Part shown: positions 16,362 to 24,000 of the stretch, piece after piece
How positions within the stretch are numbered: the stretch's first letter is position 1
How the letters are laid out: every line of letters begins with the position of its first letter
Source of the DNA: Alphaproteobacteria bacterium
GTDB taxonomy: Bacteria; Pseudomonadota; Alphaproteobacteria; UBA8366; GCA-2717185
Assembly (NCBI GenBank): GCA_021774435.1
Contig: JAJFJB010000257.1
Coordinates: 168-24,167 of the forward strand
Length of the DNA stretch: 24,000 bases
Direction: 5' to 3'
The notes under the pieces: generated by a model
Seen by the model: the letters and a program-made list of their open reading frames with translations, nothing else
Database searches by the model: none
What the model was told of the DNA's origin: nothing
Made by a program: the position numbers and the translations under genes

Positions 16362-16532
16362 TGGCGGTTAGCTGCGTGGTGCGTTAGGTCACCATTACCC
16401 CAGGGGCGATAATATGCTCTTCGGGAGCTGTCCCTGTCGGAATCTTGGTTTCGGCATATGGCGCCCACCTGGTAAAACAGGTCCTTGAGGGTTTGACTAG
16501 ACCGACGGCTGTGCGGCGCCGCCAACCCGCAC
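16362..16532 (+). ncRNA. ssrS: 6S RNA (SsrS), approximate ends
   Basis: This 215-nt gap between zapA and the 5-formyl-THF cyclo-ligase gene is the classic ssrS locus. An imperfect closing stem pairs 16367..16380 with 16513..16526. An apical stem pairs 16400..16417 with 16454..16472 (CCAGGGGCG/CGCCCACCUGG plus AUAUGC/GCAUAU). Large unpaired central regions remain, and the 3' bubble has a small GGUC/GACC hairpin. Confidence 0.55.
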
Positions 16533-16568
16533 ACCTCATTTATTCTCAATCGAATTCGGATCCCGTGA

Positions 16569-17150
16569 ATGACGTCGATATTCACGCAAAAAAAGCAATT
16601 GCGAACGGAAGCCTCTGCGCGCCGCACTGCTTTGGCGGCGAAATATGACGTCGGGGACCGGTTCATTAAAATATTCCGGAACGAAATTCAGCTCAAACCA
16701 GGCATGTGCGTTTCGGGTTATTATCCAATTGCCAGCGAAGCCAATGTTATGCTGCTGCTATGTGACATCGGTACACGTGGCTTTGACACCGCCTTGCCCG
16801 TCGTCGCGGGTCGAGAAGACCCGCTGACATTCCGAGAATGGCGCGAATCTGACCCGATGGACAAAGGGCCGTTTGGCATTCCCGAGCCACGCACCAACGC
16901 CGAAATCATATACCCAGACGTGATTTTGGCGCCGCTATTGGCCTTCGATCGCACCGGCAACCGGCTTGGTTACGGGGGTGGATATTATGACCGTACAATC
17001 ATCGCTATACGGCAACATAAACCGGTATTGGCTATTGGGGTCGCCTATGCGGCTCAAGAAGTAGACAGCGTTCCCCACGACAGCGAAGACGTAGCGTTAG
17101 ATTGGGTCATGACGGAGAAAGAGGCCTTCGCGGTCGATAGAGGCAAGTAA
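16569..17150 (+). CDS. ygfA: 5-formyltetrahydrofolate cyclo-ligase
   Basis: LLAFDRTGNRLGYGGGYYDR signature; 193 aa. Confidence 0.9.
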   Translation: MTSIFTQKKQLRTEASARRTALAAKYDVGDRFIKIFRNEIQLKPGMCVSGYYPIASEANVMLLLCDIGTRGFDTALPVVAGREDPLTFREWRESDPMDKGPFGIPEPRTNAEIIYPDVILAPLLAFDRTGNRLGYGGGYYDRTIIAIRQHKPVLAIGVAYAAQEVDSVPHDSEDVALDWVMTEKEAFAVDRGK

Positions 17151-17965
17151 TGAAAATTTTATTCTGCGGCGACATTGTCGGGCGGTCAGGCCGCGAAGCG
17201 GTTGAGAAACACGTTCCGGATTTGCGCGAACGGTTGAAGCTCGATTTCGTCATCGCTAATGGCGAAAACGCAGCCCATGGCTTCGGCATTACCGAAAAGA
17301 TTTGCAAATCACTCTTTGCCGCAGGCGTCGACGTTATCACCGGCGGAAACCATACATGGGATAAACCAGACATTATCCCACTCATGAACAGTGACTCACG
17401 GATGTTACGGCCAGGTAACTATCCCCCTACGACACCAGGACGCGGTGTTGGCACTTATACCGATGGTGCTGGCCGAAAGATTAAGGTCGTCAACATTATG
17501 ACTCGGCTTTTCATGGAGTTGCTCGACGACCCTTTTGCTGAGCTTGAACGAAATCTTCCCCCAGCCGAACCGAAAAAAATGGGCTTCGATGCGTTGATCG
17601 TCGACGTGCATGGTGAAGCTACCAGCGAAAAAATGGCCCTCGGCCATATCGCAGACGGTCGGGCGACCCTAGTTGTCGGCACCCATACGCACATCCCCAC
17701 CGCCGATGCTTTTATTCTGAATAACGGGACAGCCTATCAGACGGATGCCGGGATGTGCGGCGACTACGACTCCGTTATCGGCATGAAAAAAGAGGCCTCC
17801 ATTGGAAACTTTCTCCGTCGATTGCCTCGCGAACGGATGCAACCGGCCGAGGGTGAAGCAACGTTTTGCGGTGTCTATGTTGAGAGTGACCCAGCAACCG
17901 GTCTTGCAATCACGGTCTCCCCGGTGCGGTGCGGCGGCCGCCTCGCAGAGCAAATTCCCGGATAA
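17150..17965 (+). CDS. ymdB: YmdB-family metallophosphoesterase (2',3'-cyclic-nucleotide phosphodiesterase-like)
   Basis: MKILFCGDIVGRSGR, ANGENAAHGFGIT and VDVHGEATSEK motifs. The start overlaps the ygfA stop (TAATG). Confidence 0.88.
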   Translation: MKILFCGDIVGRSGREAVEKHVPDLRERLKLDFVIANGENAAHGFGITEKICKSLFAAGVDVITGGNHTWDKPDIIPLMNSDSRMLRPGNYPPTTPGRGVGTYTDGAGRKIKVVNIMTRLFMELLDDPFAELERNLPPAEPKKMGFDALIVDVHGEATSEKMALGHIADGRATLVVGTHTHIPTADAFILNNGTAYQTDAGMCGDYDSVIGMKKEASIGNFLRRLPRERMQPAEGEATFCGVYVESDPATGLAITVSPVRCGGRLAEQIPG

Positions 17966-18000
17966 GTCAACTTCCAGGAGCGCTGCCGTGTATTAGACCG

Positions 18001-18543
18001 TTATTCGGCTTTGTCCGTTTGCGTTGGTGAGTTTTTCGAAACCGCCTGAGCTAGACCAGCGATAATTTCCCTTCCAATCGGACCGCCATCGCCTTTGATA
18101 TTATTTCCAACGATGCCGCGGAGCGCATCGACATGCGCATTAAGAACATTCATCACGCCATCGTTGGCGGATTCGACTGACTCAACGAAATTGCACAACG
18201 AAGCGGCGATATCTGACACGAGACCGTAGCCAAAAGTCGACCCCAGTCCGCGAATATCGTGCGACTGAAGAAAAATTTTCTCAAACGACTTTTTTCCCTC
18301 GCCATTGTCGGCCTGCGCTTCGCGCATCGCTTCCACAAGCCCATCGATCTGCGCCTGCGCACGTTCGATATATTTCTCGGCATGCTTGCCGACAACATCC
18401 TCTGCCTTCTTGAGCATTTGGCTTGTAAGGGGGCCGCCGCCCGAGACTTTCGTGCGAATCGTATGCGGTGGCGTGATATATTCAGCCTTCTTGCCGCCGC
18501 CCTTTTGCTGTTCTCGTTCTCTGTTCTCGTCGGTTTCGGCCAT
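18001..18543 (-). CDS. Hpt-like histidine phosphotransfer protein (putative)
   Basis: QSH(95)DIRGLGSTFGYGLV closely parallels the CheA-P1/Hpt phosphorylation motif (AAHSIKGGAGTFGF). The flanks look helical and the N-terminal ~40 aa are charged and probably disordered. Confidence 0.6.
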   Translation of the reverse strand: MAETDENREREQQKGGGKKAEYITPPHTIRTKVSGGGPLTSQMLKKAEDVVGKHAEKYIERAQAQIDGLVEAMREAQADNGEGKKSFEKIFLQSHDIRGLGSTFGYGLVSDIAASLCNFVESVESANDGVMNVLNAHVDALRGIVGNNIKGDGGPIGREIIAGLAQAVSKNSPTQTDKAE

Positions 18544-18604
18544 AGCCTACTCTCCCGATAACGTCGCGCTTCCCGCTATCATGTTTAACAGTTCATATAC
18601 TTCA

Positions 18605-18634
18605 CCGCGACCCTCACTGTTTGTCGGGACGCGG
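18605..18634 (-). other. stem-loop between the response-regulator and Hpt-like genes
   Basis: Minus-strand CCGCGUCCC-(12 nt)-GGGUCGCGG: 8 bp plus one U-U mismatch and no U-tract. Function unknown. Confidence 0.3.
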
Positions 18635-18662
18635 AGATAGAGTCCAACACCGGCAAACGCCG

Positions 18663-19154
18663 TTAACAATCGATCTCCCCACGGCGGTCTTCTCCCATGA
18701 AGTCTTTTACGGTCCGCCGGCGATCAGGGCCGAAATACTCCGATGCCCGGACGAATTGCCGAGGATTTTCAATGACGGTTGCAATTCGGGTGTATAGCCC
18801 GTTCGCCGTCACCGGTTTCGCTAAAAATTCCGTAACGCCAACGTCGCGCGCTTCGATTACCCGTTCCATTGAACTGTGCGCCGTTAGCATGATGATTGGC
18901 ACGAACGGGTTAGGACTATCCGGTGACGTTCGAACCATACGCGTGAAATCGATCCCATCCAACGGATCCATTTCCCAGTCCGTCAATACGATATCCGCCG
19001 GAAAATGCCGCAACTCAGCATACGCTTTGCTGCCGTCGTGAGCGGTTTGCACATTGCTGATCCCAAACGCAAAGAGAATGTCGCGGACGAGAGCACGCAT
19101 GGATGCATCATCTTCGACAAGCAGAATATTTAGCCGTTCTAGATCGTATGCCAT
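18663..19154 (-). CDS. single-domain CheY-like response regulator with Arg-rich C-terminal extension
   Basis: Complete receiver: LLVEDD(15,16), LTD(59)WEM, IMLT(91)AH and LAK(113)P. It is followed by ~35 aa, ...FVRASEYFGPDRRRTVKDFMGEDRRGEIDC. Confidence 0.9.
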   Translation of the reverse strand: MAYDLERLNILLVEDDASMRALVRDILFAFGISNVQTAHDGSKAYAELRHFPADIVLTDWEMDPLDGIDFTRMVRTSPDSPNPFVPIIMLTAHSSMERVIEARDVGVTEFLAKPVTANGLYTRIATVIENPRQFVRASEYFGPDRRRTVKDFMGEDRRGEIDC

Positions 19155-19248
19155 GCCTGTGCTTTAGGCCTCGGAGCAAAGGGCGGGAATATTCGCCGTT
19201 AAAGTAACGATGATTTTGTACATACACGCGTAGGCACTGACCGTACCG

Positions 19249-19266
19249 AAATGTTGGTTAACATTT
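19249..19266. promoter_or_regulatory. inverted repeat AAATGTT-GGTT-AACATTT in the divergent regulator/yebC intergenic region
   Basis: Perfect 7-bp arms with a 4-bp spacer. It lies ~95 nt upstream of the response-regulator start. Confidence 0.3.
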
Positions 19267-19446
19267 TAATAATCAGCGCCTCTCGCTCCTCAGTGCCGCA
19301 TTATTGCCATATTGGCCGCTTAATCACCCTAATCTATGCATTTTCACTATTGTGCATGCAATCACAACATCTGGTATAAGTGCAAAGCTAGTATGCATAT
19401 ACTTGCTCCGCAAATTGAATATCAATGGGGAATTCCACGGAACGAA

Positions 19447-20196
19447 ATGGCCGGCCATTCAAAATTTAAAAATATCATGTACCGCAAGGGCGCTCAGGAT
19501 AAGAAGCGCGCCAGTCAGTTTGGTAAATTTGGGCGGGAGATAACCGTCGCCGCGAAGATGGGCGGGCCCGACCCGGACATGAATCCTCGTCTGCGAACTG
19601 CGATTTTGGCGGCCCGCGCGGGGAACATGCCAAAGGATAATATCGACCGCGCGGTTAAAAAGGGTGCTGGTGCGGGCGAGGGCGAGGACTTCGAAGAAAT
19701 TCGATACGAGGGGTATGGCCCTGGTGGGGTCGCCGTCATCGTTGAAACCTTGACAGACAATCGTAATAGAACCGCGTCGGAGATCCGCGCCGCATTCAAC
19801 AAAAACGGTGGCAATCTCGGAGAAACCGGTTCGGTCAGTTTCATGTTCGATCATGTCGGGGAAATTCGCTATCCGTCGGAAAAGGCCGACTCGGACACGG
19901 TTTTTGAGGCGGCATTGGAAGCCGGCGCAGACGATGTCGACTCTTCCGACGATGGCCATGAGGTAATTTGCGCGCCAGAATCGTTGCATGAAGTCTGCGG
20001 CGCTCTGGAAGAAACGCTGGGTGAGCCCGTATCGGCCAAACTCGTGTGGAAACCGCAAAACAACACGCCGGTAGACGAAAGCGCTGCCTCGACGCTTCTC
20101 AAATTGCTGGAAGCGCTTGACGACAATGACGACGTGCAGACTGTTTCGGCGAATTACGACATCGCCGACGACATTCTTGAACGCCTGACCACGTAA
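19447..20196 (+). CDS. yebC: YebC/PmpR-family DNA-binding transcriptional regulator
   Basis: The family N-terminus [21 protein letters not shown] begins at the ATG at 19447. The ORF-track start at 19336 adds 37 non-homologous residues. Confidence 0.9.
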   Translation: MAGHSKFKNIMYRKGAQDKKRASQFGKFGREITVAAKMGGPDPDMNPRLRTAILAARAGNMPKDNIDRAVKKGAGAGEGEDFEEIRYEGYGPGGVAVIVETLTDNRNRTASEIRAAFNKNGGNLGETGSVSFMFDHVGEIRYPSEKADSDTVFEAALEAGADDVDSSDDGHEVICAPESLHEVCGALEETLGEPVSAKLVWKPQNNTPVDESAASTLLKLLEALDDNDDVQTVSANYDIADDILERLTT

Positions 20197-20212
20197 AGGC
20201 CACACGGATAAC

Positions 20213-20716
20213 ATGCGATTAATCGGACTCGACCCAGGGCTTCGTAACACGGGATGGGGGATTATCGACGTCCAGGCCAACAGACTTACTTATGTCGCGG
20301 ATGGCACCGTATCGCCGGCGCCTGACCAGGATCTTGCCAACAGGCTGCGGGATTTGCATGACGGACTCGCAGATGTATTACTGAACTATGACCCTGACGA
20401 AGCTGCTGTCGAGGAGACATTCGTCAATAAGAATCCCACAACCACTCTGCGTCTCGGTGAGGCACGCGGAGTGGTCGTACTGGCGCCCGCGCTTGCGGGA
20501 CTACCTGTAGCGGAGTACTCCGCCAACCGGATCAAGAAATCGGTCGTCGGCGCGGGACATGCCGCAAAAAGCCAAGTCCAGATGATGGTGGGCCGCATCC
20601 TACCTGGCTGCAATTTTTCCAGTCCAGATGCCGCGGATGCTTTAGCGGTTGCTATCTGCCATGCGCATTTTGCGGAGACCAACCGTCGCCTGCACAACGC
20701 AGTATCGAACCTATGA
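20213..20716 (+). CDS. ruvC: crossover junction endodeoxyribonuclease RuvC
   Basis: MRLIGLDPGLRNTGWGII...EETFVNKN...ADALAVAICH. Confidence 0.95.
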   Translation: MRLIGLDPGLRNTGWGIIDVQANRLTYVADGTVSPAPDQDLANRLRDLHDGLADVLLNYDPDEAAVEETFVNKNPTTTLRLGEARGVVVLAPALAGLPVAEYSANRIKKSVVGAGHAAKSQVQMMVGRILPGCNFSSPDAADALAVAICHAHFAETNRRLHNAVSNL

Positions 20717-21318
20717 TTGCGCGGCTTTCCGGCGTCCTTGGTGAAATTGGCGAGGTTTCCGCCATTATCGATGTGGGCGGCGTCGGGTATCTCGTATTCT
20801 GTTCCGGCAGGACGTTGTCGCGAATGCCATCAGTCGGTGAGGCCGTGCGCGTGGAAGTCGAAACGCATGTCCGCGAAGACCATATTCATCTTTATGGCTT
20901 TATCGATGCGGCGGAACGTTCTTGGTTCCGCTTGTTAACGACGGTCCAGGGCGTTGGTGCGCGGGTGGGGCTCGCCATACTTTCGGTTCTGACGGCGGAC
21001 GAACTTGTCCAGGCCATCGCGGCGCAGGATAAAGCGGCGGTCGCGCGGGCGAATGGCGTTGGCCCCAAATTGGCAGCCCGGATTGTCACTGAATTGCGCG
21101 ACAAGGTCGGCGGCATGTCTCTTGGATCGGTCGCCGGCACGGCGGAGACAGTTTCCCCGTCGGTTAACAATGGTGAAGAAGCCATCTCGGCTCTGGTCAA
21201 TCTTGGATACACACGTGGCGATGCCTTCAACGCGATCGCCAAAGCCGGAAAACAATTGGGCGATCAGGCCGCACTTGACGCATTGATCCGGTTCGGACTG
21301 CAGGAAATGTCACAATGA
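20713..21318 (+). CDS. ruvA: Holliday junction DNA helicase subunit RuvA
   Basis: MIARLSGVL...VGGVGYLV...[18 protein letters not shown]...[11 protein letters not shown]; 4-nt overlap with ruvC. Confidence 0.95.
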   Translation: MIARLSGVLGEIGEVSAIIDVGGVGYLVFCSGRTLSRMPSVGEAVRVEVETHVREDHIHLYGFIDAAERSWFRLLTTVQGVGARVGLAILSVLTADELVQAIAAQDKAAVARANGVGPKLAARIVTELRDKVGGMSLGSVAGTAETVSPSVNNGEEAISALVNLGYTRGDAFNAIAKAGKQLGDQAALDALIRFGLQEMSQ

Positions 21319-22385
21319 GCGACGCCGCAGATCGTATTGTCACACCGGAAATGGCGGAGTCCGATACCGACGAAGCCTCGCTACGGCCGCAGACCCTGGA
21401 TGATTTTATTGGCCAAAATAACGTACGAGAGAATCTTTCGATCTTTATTCAGGCGGCGCGCGGCAGGAGCGAGGCGCTCGATCATACAATCTTCTTCGGA
21501 CCGCCGGGTTTAGGGAAAACCACGCTGGCCCAAATCGTCGCGCGGGAACTCGGCGTCAGCTTTCGCGCCACCTCCGGCCCGGTGTTAGCGAAGGCCGGTG
21601 ATCTGGCGGCTTTGCTGACCAATCTGCAGCCCCGAGATGTTTTGTTCATCGACGAAATCCATCGGCTGCATCCCGTCGTCGAAGAAATTCTCTACCCTGC
21701 CATGGAGGATTTTCAGCTTGACCTGATCATCGGCGAAGGTCCCGCGGCACGGTCGATCCGCATCGATTTGCCGCCATTCACCCTCGTTGGCGCAACGACG
21801 CGCACGGGACTTATAACCACGCCGCTGCGCGAACGATTTGGCATCCCCCTGCGTATGAACTTCTACGATATCGAGGATTTACAGCGCATCGTAGAGCGAG
21901 GCGCCCGTGTCCTCGATATGGCATTGAGCGGCGACGGCGCGCATGAAATTGCCAAGCGCAGCCGTGGCACGCCACGTATCGCGGGGCGTTTGTTGCGCCG
22001 CGTTCGTGATTTCGCAATGGTCGCAGGACAATCGGAGGTCAACGCGGCATTCGCCGATAACGCATTGCTTCGTTTGGATGTCGACGGCAAGGGGCTCGAC
22101 GCCATGGACCGCCGCTTCCTGCGATGCATGGCGGAAAATTATGGCGGCGGCCCGGTTGGCGCAGAAACGCTGGCCGTCGCGCTAGCGGAACAACGCGACG
22201 CGATCGAAGAAGTGATAGAGCCTTATCTAATACAACAAGGCTTTGTGCAGCGCACCTCGCGGGGCCGGATGTTGACGGCGCAGGGCTGGCGCTATCTAGG
22301 TCTCGAAGCGCCGGCGGCGGCGGCTGTACAACCCGACCTTCTGGATCAGGAGACGGACGGAAGCGCCGGAGAATTAGATGTCTGA
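21315..22385 (+). CDS. ruvB: Holliday junction DNA helicase RuvB
   Basis: [12 protein letters not shown], Walker [18 protein letters not shown] and [17 protein letters not shown]. Confidence 0.97.
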   Translation: MSDAADRIVTPEMAESDTDEASLRPQTLDDFIGQNNVRENLSIFIQAARGRSEALDHTIFFGPPGLGKTTLAQIVARELGVSFRATSGPVLAKAGDLAALLTNLQPRDVLFIDEIHRLHPVVEEILYPAMEDFQLDLIIGEGPAARSIRIDLPPFTLVGATTRTGLITTPLRERFGIPLRMNFYDIEDLQRIVERGARVLDMALSGDGAHEIAKRSRGTPRIAGRLLRRVRDFAMVAGQSEVNAAFADNALLRLDVDGKGLDAMDRRFLRCMAENYGGGPVGAETLAVALAEQRDAIEEVIEPYLIQQGFVQRTSRGRMLTAQGWRYLGLEAPAAAAVQPDLLDQETDGSAGELDV

Positions 22386-22800
22386 TATCGGCGCGACTCA
22401 CGTGTGTCCCGTCCGGGTCTATTACGAAGACACCGATGCAGAAGGTATCGTGTACTACGCGAACTATTTAAAATTCGCCGAGCGCGGACGCACTGAAATG
22501 CTGCGTGCTGCGGGAATCGCACATCCAACGTTGTGGGCAAACCACGGCGTCGGTTTTGCGGTACGCAACATGACGGCGGACTATCTCAAACCGGCGAAGC
22601 TGGACGATGTTCTGGCGGTACACAGCCGTCTAATCAATTTGCGCGGCGCATCTATGTCGGCGGAACAAATCGTCCGACGAGCAGATGAGGATCTCGTACG
22701 TCTTACCGTTCGATTGGCTTGTATCGACAGAAATGGCCGGCCGAAGCGACTACCGGATCTATTCCGCACGGCATTGGATTCGTATCGGCATGATATTTAG
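22378..22800 (+). CDS. ybgC: Tol-Pal-associated acyl-CoA thioesterase YbgC
   Basis: [32 protein letters not shown]. It sits between ruvB (8-nt overlap) and tolQ. Confidence 0.85.
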   Translation: MSDIGATHVCPVRVYYEDTDAEGIVYYANYLKFAERGRTEMLRAAGIAHPTLWANHGVGFAVRNMTADYLKPAKLDDVLAVHSRLINLRGASMSAEQIVRRADEDLVRLTVRLACIDRNGRPKRLPDLFRTALDSYRHDI

Positions 22801-22812
22801 CAAGGAATTTAT

Positions 22813-23544
22813 ATGGACCAGAATTTAATAGAAGCGACGGCGCTAGCCGGATCGGTTGCTGATGTAAACTTTTCGATGTGGTCTTTATTCGTCCAAGCGA
22901 CGTTGATCGTGAAGATCGTACTCATCGCGCTCGTAATTGCATCGATCTGGACATGGGCGATCATTATTGAAAAAGTCTGGCGGTTACGGCGTCTCGGTCG
23001 CGCGGCGGCCGCGTTCGAGGATGAATTCTGGTCCGGCGGAACGCTTGATGGTCTATACGAACAGGTTGGGCAGCGTCCCAAGGACCCCATGTCCGCCGTG
23101 TTTACAGCGGCAATGCGGGAGTGGCGTCGCACGGCGTCGCGCGGGCTGGACCGAAGCCAGCTCTCCCATACCAGTCTGCAGCAACGTATCGACCGCGTCA
23201 TGCAGGTGAGCTTGAGCCGTGAGATGGAACAGCTGGAACGCTACATGACATTTCTTGCATCAGTCGGTTCAACCGCTCCCTTTATTGGACTGTTCGGTAC
23301 GGTTTACGGAATCATGAACAGCTTCCAATCGATTGCGATCACAAAGCAGACGAGTCTAGCGGTCGTCGCTCCCGGGATCGCCGAAGCCTTGTTCGCAACA
23401 GCCTTGGGGCTGGTCGCCGCAATTCCGGCGGTCGTCGCCTACAACAAAATTTCGACAGATCTGAGCCGTTATGCCGGCAGACTGGAAGCATTCGCACATG
23501 AATTCAGCGGCATTCTCTCGCGCCAACTCGAGGAGGCCGAGTGA
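22813..23544 (+). CDS. tolQ: Tol-Pal system protein TolQ
   Basis: Three TM helices; LASVGSTAPFIGLFGTVYGIMNSF and GIAEALFATALGLVAAIPAVVAYN. Confidence 0.93.
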   Translation: MDQNLIEATALAGSVADVNFSMWSLFVQATLIVKIVLIALVIASIWTWAIIIEKVWRLRRLGRAAAAFEDEFWSGGTLDGLYEQVGQRPKDPMSAVFTAAMREWRRTASRGLDRSQLSHTSLQQRIDRVMQVSLSREMEQLERYMTFLASVGSTAPFIGLFGTVYGIMNSFQSIAITKQTSLAVVAPGIAEALFATALGLVAAIPAVVAYNKISTDLSRYAGRLEAFAHEFSGILSRQLEEAE

Positions 23545-23547
23545 ACC

Positions 23548-24000
23548 ATGGGCGTGCAGATGCAAAGTGGCGGCTACCGCGGAAACAGCAAGTATCGCTA
23601 CACGAAAATGGCGGAAATCAACGTCACGCCATTCGTCGACGTCATGCTTGTTCTGCTTATCGTGTTCATGGTGACCGCACCGCTCCTGACCGTAGGCGTT
23701 CCGGTCGACCTTCCCAAGACGCGCGCGGCGACGATCAACGATACCCAAGAACCTCTCGTTGTCTCGATCGACGCCTCCGGCACGATTTATTTGCAGGAAA
23801 CCACCATTACGCTGGAAAAATTAATTCCCCGTTTGAGTGCGATTACCAGTTCGAACCCGGATCTACGTATCTTCATTCGTGGCGACACCTCTCTCGCCTA
23901 TGGCGACGTAATGTCCGTCATGGGACAACTCAGTGCTGCAGGCTTCCGGAAGGTATCTCTATTGGCAAAAATCCCCGAATCCGATCCGGGCAAGAAATAG
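23548..24000 (+). CDS. tolR: Tol-Pal system protein TolR
   Basis: MAEINVTPFVDVMLVLLIVFMVTAP with the conserved Asp. The TAG stop occupies the last three bases of the window. Confidence 0.9.
   Translation: MGVQMQSGGYRGNSKYRYTKMAEINVTPFVDVMLVLLIVFMVTAPLLTVGVPVDLPKTRAATINDTQEPLVVSIDASGTIYLQETTITLEKLIPRLSAITSSNPDLRIFIRGDTSLAYGDVMSVMGQLSAAGFRKVSLLAKIPESDPGKK

Noticed and set aside
19336-19446. ORF-track start of yebC at 19336, adding 37 residues.
   Set aside because: The YebC family N-terminus ([14 protein letters not shown]) begins at the ATG at 19447. The extension is Cys/His/Trp-rich, lies in AT-rich intergenic DNA and overlaps the palindrome cluster.
19459-20280. 273-aa minus-strand ORF opposite yebC and the start of ruvC.
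   Set aside because: It is a shadow ORF antisense to two strongly supported genes, with no recognisable domain.
1-24000. Looked in every intergenic gap for tRNA/rRNA genes, CRISPR arrays, transposase or integrase genes, toxin-antitoxin pairs and known defence genes.
   Set aside because: I found none. Intergenic gaps are short, apart from those already discussed, and every long ORF is accounted for by housekeeping or envelope functions.

Overview
This window is a core chromosomal segment, almost certainly from an alphaproteobacterium. The lineage call rests on an RcdA/DUF1465 homologue, a ROSE-type leader on an IbpA-like small heat-shock gene, zauP-zapA-6S-ygfA synteny and ruvCAB-ybgC-tolQR synteny. 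I can support 30 protein-coding genes, almost all housekeeping. In order they are: metY (5'-truncated), an alpha/beta hydrolase, a hotdog thioesterase, ibpA-like sHSP, rcdA, rpmE, a three-gene envelope cluster, suhB, efp, thiE, fbaB, a small membrane protein, a PNPOx-family protein, an unknown small protein, gap, tkt, zauP-like, zapA, ygfA, ymdB-like, an Hpt-like protein, a CheY-like response regulator, yebC, ruvC, ruvA, ruvB, ybgC, tolQ and tolR. I also propose one ncRNA (6S/SsrS, from synteny plus fold) and one RNA thermometer (ROSE-like). I saw no rRNA, tRNA, CRISPR array, transposase, integrase or obvious island boundary. The best candidate for an undescribed system is the minus-strand cluster 4010..7837. 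It holds a MotA/TolQ/ExbB-type channel protein with a ~160-aa helical cytoplasmic tail. It also holds a MotB-type partner in which ~230 aa of coiled coil sit between the Asp-bearing TM helix and the OmpA domain. Next to these is a secreted, TonB/TolA-style proline-rich protein ending in a second OmpA-like domain. The cluster is not linked to flagellar, TonB-receptor, Tol or Zorya genes, and the genuine TolQR pair is present separately at 22813..24000. The second candidate is an orphan Hpt-like protein plus a CheY-like receiver with an Arg-rich (GPDRRR...DRRG) C-terminal tail at 18001..19154. All calls come from reading the sequence and from remembered family motifs; no searches or folding programs were run.
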